This document shows, one piece after another, positions 1-13,111 of a stretch of DNA of 64,000 nucleotides. The stretch spans positions 616,922 to 680,921 of the forward strand of contig CM082579.2 of assembly GCA_040954595.2 (NCBI GenBank), read 5' to 3'. Each line of letters begins with the position of its first letter. The stretch's first letter is position 1. Under the pieces are notes generated by a model, which did no database searches, was not told where the DNA came from, and saw only the letters and a program-made list of their open reading frames with translations. The translations under genes and the position numbers were made by a program. The stretch comes from Balanoglossus misakiensis. Lineage: Eukaryota; Animalia; Hemichordata.

Positions 1-839
1 TTATCATCCAACATGCATTTCTGTTTATTTCTTTTTGGTTAAAATTAATATTTTCATTTTCAGTTGACTAGGTATTCTGTTGCAATAATGTTCTCACATC
101 TCTAAGCATGAAAGATAAAGTCACCAGTGTTGTTGAAATGAATACCCTTTGCACATTTAGAACTTTGGTTGTCATCAAGGGCTTTGAACTGGGACCTGTG
201 CCAAGAAATTGTATTTATTGTACTGGGCCAGTCTTTTGAATTTAGCCAATGTTCTGTGTAAAACTTTGTTTCTGGTACTGAAAATGCACACAGAAACTAG
301 CCTGAGATTGCCCCAAACAGAGGTTACATTACAATGGTAGATATAGCAGCTGAGTGAATTCTGTTGTTACTGATAGGTCCAACTGTAGGATCATATCCCA
401 CTCATACTAGCATTGGAATTTTCCTCATTAAACCGTAGACAGTGGTAAAGAAATTAATAAAAGAAGTTTTAAGATAAACGTTGTAATTCATGGGTACAGT
501 GTATCCCAGTGATGGCAAGACTGTTGAAAAATATGCCAGGTTTGTACTAGAAGTTCAAACCTTATCACAAACAAGCACATTTTTATCACTTGAGAACAGC
601 CTAGGTCCCCAGAAACCTGTTGAAACATGTTGGGAATTTCACCAGTTATGCAGTGGTTGTTACATGCCAACGACGCTGGCATATAACTCGTGCTGGGGTT
701 TTTACACACACCAGGCTATGCATCAATGGAATGGTCCAACGTAAACAACAGCTATTGTTGTTGGGGTCATTGTTTGACCTGTCTACAGTAACGTTTGTTA
801 TTCAAATGATTGAATAATCATTTATTATGTAAATGATTG

Positions 840-1168
840 ACTCCTAGCAGCTGATTGGACAATGATCAATTATGGGCGGTATTGTGTAGTCATTTAGCCC
901 ATTGAGCATCAGACACTTGCTGTTGTTATTAATTAAACTCAGGTAGATTGGATTACTCGACAGGGAGTAGCGGCTTGCCGCTTTAGATATGCAAATACCA
1001 ATATCGGCGTCAGTTGAGAGTTTGAATTTTGTTACCGGGGTCTCGGCTACTTAGGGTTGAGCGTAGTGAGTGCACGAGCGTATTGTGTAGTAGGACGTTG
1101 GAGGTGATTGTGGTGTTGGTTAGAAGTGCTTGTGGGGAAACCTGACAACACCTGTATCTGGTGCTAGC
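840..1168 (+). promoter_or_regulatory. Putative internal promoter within the CEP135 locus
   Basis: CpG enrichment about 950-1300 relative to CpG-poor flanks; ATTGG near 855 and 947; GGGCGG near 874; ATGCAAAT near 989; X-box half site GTTGCCATGG near 1215. Confidence 0.5.
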
Positions 1169-1210
1169 ATGTCTGCTCGGTATTCTCACCGGCCAAGGTC
1201 AAGAGCAAGG
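1169..1210 (+). CDS. Putative alternative first coding exon of CEP135 (MSARYSHRPRSRAR)
   Basis: ATG at 1169, 14 open codons, then phase-0 donor AAGG|GTAGGT matching the phase-0 acceptor at 3501; lies in a locally CpG-rich stretch downstream of ATTGG (reverse CCAAT) motifs. Confidence 0.55.
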
Positions 1211-3500
1211 GTAGGTTGCCATGGATTTGTCTCTTTGAGAATTTTTTTATTTCTCAGGTAGTCAAGTATCAACACGTAGTACGGGCATACGGTGCCTCCT
1301 ACACATTCAATGCCCTTTAACTGCCTTCAATACAATAGCCTGACTGTCATTCTATTCATTTTTACTACAAGCCGTATCCTATCTCCTGCACCATCACAAA
1401 TTCTGAGTTCGCTTTAGGAGTTTTTTCAGATTTCAGAAATGTTTGGTCTTGATTTACCGTTTCTTTAGTGTCATGACTTTGGATTGAGAAACACTGACAG
1501 TGTCAAAGGCATAATTGATACGCGTTTATGTGTTTGTATTTTGATTACCATGATGATGGAAAGACAGTTTTAAATGTGTTGCAGAATTTAATCACCAGCC
1601 AAAAAAAGGAAAACATTAATTGATTTTAAGCATGGTATGGAAATTGAAATGCTATACCTATGCATCAGTGAGCATCTTTGTAGAATTTCTTCCCTGCTGT
1701 GTTTGACAAATCCACAATTAAATTTCAGAATTCCTGTTTAATTGCCTGTGACAATTAACACAATTTAAAATTGCCTGCTTTGACTGTTGATGGTGATTTG
1801 TTTTTAATTTATTCAGCATTTGTTGCCTATTTTAAAATTTTCTGGTAAAAAAATTCCACAATATATAAAACCTTTTAATCCTCTTTACACTGAATAGTTG
1901 TTGATAGTTGATTTGTATCGAGAATGTCAGCTTTGAAGAATCAGTCTTGTGTTTTGAAATTCCAAATGTACCAGCAGTTGGTGTGCTTCAATCGCTGGAT
2001 ATGAAAAATTGTGTGTCACAATCATGTATCTACATGAAATGGATTTAGTGTGTTTCTGTGACACAGAATTTGTGTGTGTGTGCCTCATCAATTGGCAAGA
2101 TCAGCCTCAACCATAGACAGCTGTTTTTTTATTTTTAACAGTTGTGTCAAATTGACTAAAAATGTCATAATATTAATTTAATATTCTGTGATTCAGAATA
2201 TGTTTGAGTTGTTTTAAATTGTGCTTCCGTAAGTGGTGTCTCAAGTGTGGTTAGCTAAATGGTCTTTACCTGTTTAGTCAACACATGACATATTACAGTC
2301 CAGTCATAAATATAGTCACTCACAAAGTTAATAATTGTTATGTTTAAAATTGATGGTGAGAAAAATAATGGTCTTTCTACGTGAGAAAGTGTTGCCTTTA
2401 ACTCTTCAGTTTATTTTTCAAATTTGCATGCGACTAACATCATTGAAAACAATTATCATGGTTTATTCTGTTACCATGGTTACAACTGAGGGATGATTAT
2501 CTTGTCTGAGCCGAACAATATTTTGCAGGAGACTAGACTAGTGCATTTTTAGATTTGAATGATACGCATATAATGAGAGATTGACTACACTGAATAGACT
2601 CAGTAAAGTAATTGTATGGGTACATGGTTCTGTCTTTGTCAGCAAATACAAATTGTAGTTGTACCACAAATTTGACAAATGTTCATGACATGTCTGATAC
2701 CAATATGTACTTGGTTTCTCACAAGAAATCCCCATTTTGCTGCAATTATATACTCACAGTGCAATTGAATGTAGACCAGCCTCCCCTTATTACAGAGACT
2801 AAGTATAATGAAGTGGCCACAGGGCTGACACAGTCTTTTTAATACGAATAAATCAATAAAATCATTAGAAGTAAAAGAAATTGTATTCTTTAATGGTAAG
2901 TTCTGAATTAAAAGTAGTGTTCAGGCATTAATGTGTGTTTTGTGTTCATCTGAGCCACAGTTGAAGTAAAAGGTGCTATTACCGGTAAAAAGCTTTCATG
3001 TCTTCATGATAGACATCCAACAAACTGGCATTGTGCATCATGAATGCTGTTCTGTTAATTGTGTGAACTTCCCAGTGCAGATTTCCATGGATTTGCAACG
3101 TTCCCCAGAGTAAATTTCCATGGATGAACCTTCTTCATTTTGAACATTTCAATTAGAACATTTTTTTCAAAATATCTGTTGATCATGAAGTTATTAACAT
3201 GTCTGTTCATGTTATTGGTGTATTGAAATTTTCTAATCTTTTCATATACATCTCTAACGAACTTCTTGGCATGTGGCATTGATAAATGACCTTTTCTGTG
3301 ACCTTGTTCTCAATCTAGAAGTCCAATCTTTGCACACACTTGACCCAAACCTAGTTTAACCCAAACCAAGTTGAATGCCAGCATATCCTGTGGTCATGTA
3401 AAGGACATGCCTGAATTCATTTTGAGAGTAAAATTGGGGTTCATATTCATATGATTCCATGTGTAACATCTGAATCATGCTTTCTATTTTATTTTCTAAG

Positions 3501-6500
3501 GTGGATGCTCGTGACCAGGAAATTGACCGACTCAACAGGCAACTTGAAGGAGGCAGACCTTATGATGTAGTCTCTGCAGATTCGAAAAACAAAAGCAATG
3601 AACGTCTTATTTCACACCTGAATACACAGGTAAGATAACATCACTGGTTTTTCCCGGAAACACCTTTTGATCATCTTGAACGTCATTGATGCAGTGTTCT
3701 CTCGTAGTCCAATATCTATGTCACTAAATATCCGCATCAAGTATTTCCATCACACAATGTTTCTGTTGCCTGGTAACCTCTCTAAAAATGTAATTATTCA
3801 GTGCTTTCACCATGGCAGTGCATTTGATTAATTAAAATTTACTGCATTGAATGCACTTAGTAAACAGTATTTTAGTGACATGTTTGACACTCCTAATAGC
3901 AGTTAATTATGTATGTTCCACATTGATATTTTAGAAAGTTCAAAGTAATATGTCCTTCAGTGAAACTCCTATTATTTGTTTGCATGTGCCTGTAGATTGA
4001 CTTCCTGCAACAAGCCAACCGTGACTTAGAAAGACGATTAAAAGACTCCATTCAAGAGAAACATGATGCAACAAGTAAAGCCAGAGACCTCACCATCAAG
4101 AACCAAGAACTATTGAGTGAAATCAAAGATATTGACAGACTGGCTAAACAGCTCCAAAGTGACAAAGATGTTGCCATCACAGCAGCTGATCGAGATGTTG
4201 TTGAAGCTCAGAAAGAACTCAGGTCATCTTCTCGTGAGATTGGAAATCTGGAATTGGAGTTAGAACAGCTGAAGGCAGTAAGTAGGATTGTGATAATTTG
4301 CTATATAAAGGATTTGGACAGCAGAACTCTCTATATTCATTCACCGTTGTATGTATTAGGGCATTGCCTCTGTACCCTGTCGTTTGTCTATCAGCTTGGA
4401 AGCATATTAGGTATTGGCCACTTCAGTTTTATGACTAGCTACTCGGGTATCTACAATAAATCTGGATATATTTAGGTCATATTGACCAAAGTCTTCTGTG
4501 GTCACCTTGCTGGCTTGAGTGTCGACACACCTATTACATTCAGTGCATTTGGTCAAGCTTTGCACCTTCAGAGAAAAATTGAAGACAGGATAGTTGGGGT
4601 GGGGGTTGTAAATGAAATGCCATTGCACACCAATGACGAGTCTGCTCACAGGAAAGTTTTGACTTCGTTGCTCAGAGTACAGACACACCCACTTTTTATT
4701 CAATGCCCTGGACTGGCATAGGGTCTTACTAGTAGAGAGGGTCAAATTCAGTGCACTGGACACTAGTAGGATTGTGTTTGGCTTTGCAGAACATCCTAGA
4801 TACTAGTGGAAGGTGTGTTGAAGGAAAGACATTCACCTTGGTGTTTGTAGAACTGATGACACACCCATCATAATTTGTGCATTGGACACAAATCAAAAGT
4901 TTGGCCTCGTAGAATACTGCTTGACACCAATGGAGGGTCTGCTTTCTGAAAGTCATTGAAGTAGAACAGTAGGCTCTGAGTGCACGCCATGAATGAAATA
5001 ACAAGAGATCACAAATACAATACCATTGTAGTCAAGCCTTGGAACTCTGCCAATATCAACAACATTCAAATACCAGCAGACTTCTAGGTTTTTGTTGTTT
5101 GACTGGTCAGGGCAGAATTGTCAAAGGCCATTTAAATCTGCTAAGGTAAACTGGATGTTTACAGAATGACTGATTGTAATCAACAAAGCCACGTACAAAT
5201 AATTCCAATAGAAATTCTTGTGTCCTAAAAATCTACTTGTAGAACAACATACAGCAAGTATTAACATTTCAAGCATTGCTACTACATTTGTGTCGCGTGC
5301 ATGTTCCTGAATCTGTGGTCAAAATCACATTATGAATAACACAAAATTATTTTGTTTGGAAATTATTTTCAGGAACGTAAGAATATACAATTGGACAAAG
5401 AGACTCTGTCTTCACAGCTGTCTATCAAGGAACAAGATGTATTCCAACTGAAAGAATTGCTTGATAGAGTTCAAGACGATAAGAAAAGACTCAGTGATAA
5501 AGTTAATAAACTTGTTTCAAATGGTAAGTTTGAATCAAATTGTAGAGTCAATTCTTCCATTAATTTCTGTGAAGTGAGTTGTGGAGGTTATACCTTGTAT
5601 TTTGATAAACACTGAGTGATAAATCATAAAATTATTTTTTTCCAGAGAGAGAATTGGTGCTAGAACTTGAACGCTTGCGAGTGTCTCCAACCAAGCGATG
5701 CAAGTCTCCTTCAAGAGTTGACAGCGTGATGAGAAAACTGGAAGATGAAAGAGATTACTTTAAAGGAGAAGTTGAAGTCTTGCAGAAGATCTTGAAGGAC
5801 AGAAGTCTGTCTTCCTCTAGGGGTAGGAGTCCCAAGAAAGGAACTCCCACAAAACGATCTACCTCAAGCAGTCCCAGCAGAGCAAAATCTCCATCAAGGA
5901 AGGTAAGTTCTAGTAGGAAACATTAACCCTTTTACATCCATGGTTTGGTCCAACTCCGTTGTGTTCAAGAGCATTACTTGACTTTTATACAGGGAAAGAG
6001 GGTGAAAGGGTTAGAACAGCAATAGAAAAAGCAAGAACAGTTTACATGAGATTTTAACATGAAGAAATTGTTTTTGCAGAGTTCAGCACACTATGAAACC
6101 ATCATGCGAGTTCTTGAAGACGAGAGAGATTTCTACAAGAGAGAGTATGAGATGTTGAGAGCTCTGAGATTGAGATCAAGTAGTCCGACCAGAGGTTCAC
6201 CTCCAACAAGAGACAAGGTAGGATCAAAATCACTCCACAAACTAGATGATTGAAGATTTTATAGTCATCACATCAGGCACATGTCACTTCTCCATGATAA
6301 GCACTGGTAATATGCCTTCAGCCTATCTTTGGACTTCTTGTACTGCTCTATGTGTTGTGACTCATATGACATCATTTATTTTCAAAACCAGAACCGAGAG
6401 GATGATACTGAAATATTCCGTTTGAAACGAGAACGTGATGAACTGCAGGCTCTCCTTGATAAGTTTGAGAGACACATGGCAGAGGTGAGAGGTCACACAT

Positions 6501-9500
6501 CTCCTGTAGATAATCTCTGATTTGCCAACATGAAACTTTCATGAGACAATCATGTACGTCAGTGAATAACCTCGAGTTTTTGATGCTATCTTTTCACTGG
6601 TTTGGATAGACCAATAGTAGTTGATGCATGCTGTCTTGTTTCCTATCCCATAATTCCCTGTAGATCCAAAGCAATGTGAAAGTGCTGACTGCAGAACGTG
6701 ATAAGGTCAACTTGCTTTACGAACAGGTAAAATCAATTGTATTTTGACAGCTAGAGCACGATTTCCCAACATCCATAGTTACTTTTGCATGTTTCACTCC
6801 CTGACAACAAATTCTCAATGACTCTGGATAACCTACCTTGTTTGACAGGCTAATGGTGAACTACAGCGACTGCGACGTGATGTGGTACGATCACCGAAGT
6901 CACCACGTGCTTCCTTGGCTGCTCAATCTATTCTCAGAAGAGTCGAACATGAAAGAGATGAAACTTTGGCAGATCTGAGGAGAATGACAACTGAAAGGGA
7001 TAGCCTCAGAGAGAGACTGAAGGTGAATATCTGTGTTAATCATTGTCGATAATACGATAACTGAATGATATGAGGTCTTTGTGTTTGCAACTAACAAATC
7101 CGTTTTCCTACCTTCTCAGATTTCAACAGAGACGCAGCTTAGTGACAGGGCAAGGCTTGAACAGAGAATAGAAGATCTTGAAAAGGCTCTCTATTCAGTG
7201 AGTATCAATGTTTCATCCTTTCATATTGTATCAAGCTCAACTGTGTGATGTTAATGTTCATTCATTCATTCATTCATTCATTCATTCATTCATTCATTCA
7301 TTCATTCATTCATTCATTCATTCATTCATTCATTCATTCATTCATCTGATATATTTTTCATTAAATGCGTTCTCCGCAGAGTGATGAAGAACGTAGTGAC
7401 CTTCTTAGCCGAGTGACAAGTCTGAGAGAAATGATTTCCACTTTGGAAGACCAGATCAAGAGTCAACATCTGAAAATCTCAGAGTCTCAAGAAGACTCGG
7501 CTCAACAAAGAGCTACATCAACACAGATGAGATTATTGGCAGAACAAGCTGAGAGATCGCTGGAAGATCATCAGAGACGACTCAACAAGAAATCAGGCGA
7601 ATTACAAGCGTCAGAAGATCTAACAAGGAGACTGGAAGAAAGACTAAGTAAGGAAGATGAAGCTTGTTTATTCAGTGATATATAGTATCTGGATCACAGA
7701 TTGGAATACTCCTTTCTGTAGCTGTCAACTGGCTCATATTGAGAGGGCTTCACTGTCCTTTGAAAATCAAGGTCCAGTGTGTCTTCATGCAGTGTAAGCT
7801 GAAGAATGTAAAAATGGAAATATCTTGAGAAATTGGAAGGCCTATGTGACCATTGCAAGATTTCCATTGTAATCATTAGGCTGTGTAAAGCTATAGGGCT
7901 GATACAATAGCATATGCACGCTTCTTCAAATCAATTAAAAGTAAGTAGGTACCGTACAATGGCTAACTGTCTGAAACATCTTCCTGTGTTACAGCTGATG
8001 TGACGGCTTCCAACTCGATTCAAAGAGATGAAATAATACAACTGAGAGGAACCATTGCATCCCTGGACAGCGAGAAAGACTCTCTGCAAATGACAGTAGA
8101 TGAGAAGACAGAGAGGATTGTGTCTTTAGAAACTGATCTGGCAGATCGAGAAGCAATCATCAGCGAATTAAGAACCACTGTCACTGACCTTGAGGTCAAA
8201 TTAGAGTAAGTATAATGTTGGCTAATTTTCTGTTCTCTGTCGCACTTTATTGCAATGGCGGTATTACATGACACTTTAAAATCTCAATATGTAATCTTGA
8301 TGTGTTCTTTGTTTCTGTGCAGTCAAATGAATGAGGAAGCCAAACAGAGAGAAAGGGAGATTAGAAGTTTGCGTCGACAAGTTGATAATATCCATGAAGA
8401 GTTGACAGAGACTGGACGAGGAAGGGAGATTGCTTTGAGGGATAATCGTAGACTTCAAGATGATCTGTCTACTATGACAAGAGAAAATCAGGTGAGAAAT
8501 AAATGCTGTCAATCACAGGATAAGTTGCTGGCTGTAGTGTGTGTGAATCTGATTGAGTCTTTTACACATGAGTATTAATGACCTGACCTGACCTGCATCT
8601 GATTTTTCTGTTCAGGCTTTGAATGCCGACCTTGATGATACCATCAGAGAACGGGAGCATTTGAAAATTCAAGTTCAAGATTATATTGGTGAAGTGTCAA
8701 GAATCGAACAACTTCTGGCAGCCAAGGTAGGAACACATAAATTAGTGTGGCTACAGTCTGTTATAAGATGTTGATCATTATTGTTGACTTTGATCCAGAC
8801 ATATCCCTTTCAACATTCTCATGATTGATTGATATTAATACCATTTGTCTATGCTCCTGTTTAAATTCAGGAACAAGAAAACCGGGACCTGTTGGAGAAT
8901 TATCGCCAAGCCTCCACTGAAGCTGAGAGGTGGGAAACAGAAGCCACTCAGAGAGAAGGTGAAACATCAACCGCTAGAATTGAACTGATGACAAAGGACT
9001 CTGAAAGTCGACGAATGCGAGAAAAAATCAACCAACTTGATGCCGAGATTCAACAGGTATTATTTTTATGCCTGCTGAGCATCTTCTGATATTTATACTT
9101 TCAGAATATTTTCACAGTGTTTGGAGAAACTTGAAGATTAACTGGTTGTATTTTCATTTTTCACTAACAGCACTTGGCAGCACAGCAAGCCTATGAAATG
9201 CAGGTGTCCTCTCTGACCCAGTCTCTGTCCACCATGGAAGAAAACCTTCGCCAATCTCAAGAAGAGAAAGAAGCCATTTTGTTAGACTTGGCATCTGTTC
9301 GAGAACTATGTGTCAAGTTGGAGTCTACCAAAGAGTCATTATCCAGACAGCTAACAGCTAAGAATATTGATACTGATCAGGTAAGGCTGATAAAATTATA
9401 ACAACCGTTTTGCTTTAATATGCTAGAAATTCAAGAAATATGAGCAGATGTCCCTAATTGTTTTTTTTTGCAAATACAAACTACAAATATTTTTGTCCTT

Positions 9501-10646
9501 CAGCTATATGGAGAATCTGATAATTTGAGACGTGAATTGGATAGTTTACGCAGCCAGGTTGAAAGCGAGAGGGCATCTTCACGTAACTTGGAAGGACTTC
9601 TGTCCAATAACCGAGAAAAGGAATTTCAAACTCAGCTGGAAAATCAAGAACAGAGATCAGAAATACAGCTGTTGAGAGACAAGTTGTCTTTGGCTGATAG
9701 TAAAGTGTGAGTATTGCGGTTACTTTCTAGTTTCATTTGAATGTAGCATTACAGATTGCTGTCTCATCTGCTGTTTCAAGACATCTGCATGAGACAAAGC
9801 TTAGGAGCAGTGTGCATACTAGTATCTGTTATCTGTTATATGGATCAGGCTCTGCTATTGGTCAATCCTGCCAGTAGATTTGCATATAAAGTAGTCTGAG
9901 TTGAGATAGTCAAGCAGATGATAAGCCTGATGGATTTCAAGTACATGTAATGACATGCCTGTATATCAAAGACAAATAAATTTATGTAATGCTAAGAAGG
10001 TTCACAACCAATAAAGTTTGAAAAAGACTTGCATCGTCCACCCCTATGTCCTTTAGTTTTGAAAACAATTGGGTTTTACCAAATGTTGATGAAAGGATAA
10101 TAAATACATACCTCTGAATTCACAGGCAAAGTCAAAGCCGAGAAGTGGCCAGTATGAGAACTCGTACTGCTCAACTTGAAACAGAACTTGAAAGAATCCG
10201 AAGACAGCTGACCAGTGAAAGATTTGAAAAGTAAGTTTGGTACCTCTTGCTCTGAGAGTGTGTTTTAGCCATAATCTCTTCAACCAATGGACATGCTCTC
10301 ATAATTATTTTATTCAGTATTCAAAAATGTTGCTGGTTATCAATTATTTTCTAGGGAGAGAATATCCCAGGAGTTGCGTCGAGCTGGGTTGACACCGCCA
10401 GCAGACATTTCTGGAAGATTATCAAGGGCTTCCCTGAGATCCAGCAGTCCAGACAGATCATACCGTTCTCCGGATACATCTTTGCACCGTTCCCCGGACA
10501 AATACAGGACATCATCACCAGAGAGGAGTAGGGCCATTTCTCCACGTTTTAAACAATCAAACGTGTCCTTGGAAGGACAGCTTGATCTTGATGATGTCAT
10601 TCACTCTGCGCGTCAAAATTTGTCCCTGAGCGGGGTGAGTCTGTGA
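3501..10646 (+). CDS. CEP135: CEP135/TSGA10-family centriolar coiled-coil protein (multi-exon; canonical N-terminal exons not in window)
   Basis: Phase-compatible GT-AG exons approx. 3501-3629, 3996-4277, 5373-5523, 5646-5902, 6080-6217, 6391-6484, 6664-6727, 6849-7022, 7120-7197, 7380-7647, 7995-8205, 8323-8491, 8616-8726, 8871-9056, 9171-9380, 9504-9706, 10126-10230, 10355-10646. Peptides DQEIDRLNRQLEGGRPYDV, HLNTQIDFLQQAN, IQSNVKVLTAERDK, NRRLQDDLSTMTRENQ, VRELCVKLESTKE and RQLTSERFEKER match remembered human CEP135/TSGA10 colinearly. Confidence 0.93.
3765..3777. promoter_or_regulatory. RFX X-box motif GTTGCCTGGTAAC in CEP135 intron
   Basis: Matches GTNRCC(N0-3)RGYAAC; a near-match GTTACCATGGTTAC lies at 2470-2483. 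Confidence 0.45.
5927..6010 (+). mobile_element. ~84-bp TTAA-flanked MITE, copy 1
   Basis: TTAA|CCCTTTTACATCCATGGTTTGGTCC...GGTGAAAGGG|TTAG; homologous to copies at 23291, 34189, 41641, 59059. Confidence 0.7.
7257..7345. repeat. (TTCA)n microsatellite in CEP135 intron
   Basis: About 22 perfect TTCA units. Confidence 0.97.
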
Positions 10647-11602
10647 TTTCTAATCATGGAACCTCTTTTTGAGAAGACTTTGAACTTTACTCTAAATTGC
10701 TTGAAGGCCAGATTCCTTGTTATCCAAATACATATGCATGAAGTCACCCACACATAGATTCAGACCAACATCCTTGTCAGACAGACAGACAGACTTACAT
10801 ATGAAAAAATACAGAATCATACACTGAACAAACACATAAAGCAAGGCATACACATGATACATGTATCACATCACATCACTACATACCCTGGTACAATACA
10901 TCAACAAAATTGACCATACCAGGTCAGTTTCCTATGGCAATGTTCAAATCTTGTCATCAAAATCATCTTTTTTTCAGATCTTTGTCTTCCTTGTGTATCT
11001 GTTCTTTTCAGCTTTTGATCAAGTAGAAGCTGATCATAAACTGATGTTTATATGTCACCATACATATTCCTTTGTCATGTTTTCCCTCATACTGTTTACA
11101 TGTACAAGTCAAATCAGCAACAAGAGTAGTTCAGGATCTCTTACCAACCTACTGATTAGACCCATGCGTTATCAATGCAGCACCTTTCTCAAAAGCCTCA
11201 TAGTATAGTTGCTAGCTTGCTTTGCACATTTTATTTTGTGTACATACTAACGACTTCACCTGCTTGCACTCAAAAACGCATATTGCTTTTGTAGAGCAGA
11301 GTTCCCCAGCATATGGCTATTTTGAAAGGTTTCTTAAAAAAAATACTCAAACACTTATGGTCAGATTGCACTTTGAAAAACTGCTAGTTTGTGTTGACCT
11401 TTGACGAAAATGACATCAGAGAGATCAGCTGATCATCCATGGATTACACTAAGTATTTTATTTTATTTTATTCAATTATTGCAATTTTGTTTTGCGCTGA
11501 TAAAATTTCAGTTTGTCTTGATTAACTTTTATATTGTGTGCTCACATTCACATCACCAAGATAAGCATGTTAAACTAACACCATTCTGCTTAATTAACTA
11601 GC

Positions 11603-11643
11603 CAATAACTAACTAACTAACTACTAACCAACTTACTAACTAA
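11603..11643. repeat. Imperfect (ACTA)n tract
   Basis: AATAACTAACTAACTAACTACTAACCAACTTACTAACTAAT. Confidence 0.8.
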
Positions 11644-11835
11644 TATGTTTTGCATGCCAACCATAGAATACCTCACCTGTATACTTTAATGATCGTGGAC
11701 ATTCAAATGAATAATTATACCAGCCTGAGTGTTTTCTCTGATTTCAGTATATCTAATCTAGACTTGGGGAAGAGATCCATTTCAGGTTTATACCATCATT
11801 GTCACAATATGCATGTTACTAGAGAAATACATGTA

Positions 11836-12775
11836 CCGTATATTCTCACAAATAAGCGCCACTTTTTAACCATTTCAAATTTTGGTGGCGCCTAAACAAA
11901 GGCAGAAATGAGTCTTTCAAGAACCGGTGGCGCTTATTCATGGGTCGCCCTGTATATTGTACCCTGTTGATTCATATGCAAATGATTTGGGACGTTCCAA
12001 TCTCTGTTCTCGTAAGGGGGTGTCCGCAGTGAATGAATGGCTGTTTCAAATTCATACGTAAAGTTTTAACATTTTCTATTCAAATACAGTCAGTTCAATG
12101 TATTGTCTAATAAATATTCCAGAAATAAAAAGTTGTCAACGAAGTGAATACTACGAGCAGCATTACAGTATGCTGGCTGAACCATCAACAAAATCTACTG
12201 ACGTATAGTGGTTTAGTCCAAGTGCGTCTTTGTCATGCTCCCACATGTGTAAGGTCAGGCGAGGTTTCGTGAATACTCAGGTTGCGTGAATATTCATGAG
12301 AAAATTAATACCGCAAACATTCACAACTTGAAACTAGTCCTATTATTTCAAAGCCCTGGCCATATGGTCAAACTTGGGTGGTAGTGCCGGTAACGTAAGC
12401 GGCTGCCGATCGATCGACAGGAAAAAGACGAGTGTCTAGACGCCCAGCACCTGTGTCTTTTGCAGTGAATAATAATTTACATAAATTAGGAGGTTGACAT
12501 GTGCCCGATTTCATCTTGTAAATAAATAGCACATCATCCCAAAGCATGCATTGTCTGCTCAGGTCAATTATTATTCACGCAGCAAGCCCCCGTTGATTTT
12601 GACAAGACCCCTAAACAGGTGTTATCTCGGTAGTACTTGCCATGATTCACATACGTCCACACACCTCAAAAAAAAAAAAAAAAAAATCCTGGCGCTTATT
12701 TTTAAGTAAAAAGTAGCAAAGTCAGGTATCAATGGCGCCTAATCAAGGGTGGCGCTTATTTGTGAGAATATACGG
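11836..12775. mobile_element. Non-autonomous Tc1/mariner-superfamily (Tc2/pogo-like) DNA transposon, 940 bp
   Basis: Perfect 27-bp TIRs CCGTATATTCTCACAAATAAGCGCCAC / GTGGCGCTTATTTGTGAGAATATACGG, TA on both sides (11834-35, 12776-77), subterminal GGCGC(C/T)TA repeats, no transposase ORF. Confidence 0.9.
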
Positions 12776-13111
12776 TAGTATCATGTACTTCACTTAGACC
12801 ATAAAACAATTTTGTGTCTAGTTGTACTCATGCATGACAGAGTAATGCATGTTCTGATGTCAGAATTTCATCAAACAAATCAGAAATTTGTGTCATCGTG
12901 TGGTAATTTCCAAGTAAATAATGCATGTATATTAAGAATTAAGTTGTTGTGCATGTTACAGTGCTATTGCAACTTGCAGATGTTTTGGTTGCTGTGTGTG
13001 CATGTACATAAATCTCAAGAGTTCATATGATTATGGATGTTTTGTTCTGAAAGCCTGGCTATGTCAGCAGGGTTTCTGTAAACTGACTTTTTGTTTGTTT
13101 TGTCCAACCAG

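Noticed and set aside
7257-7345. Regular repeat array as possible CRISPR
   Set aside because: Simple tetranucleotide microsatellite with no spacers; eukaryotic context.
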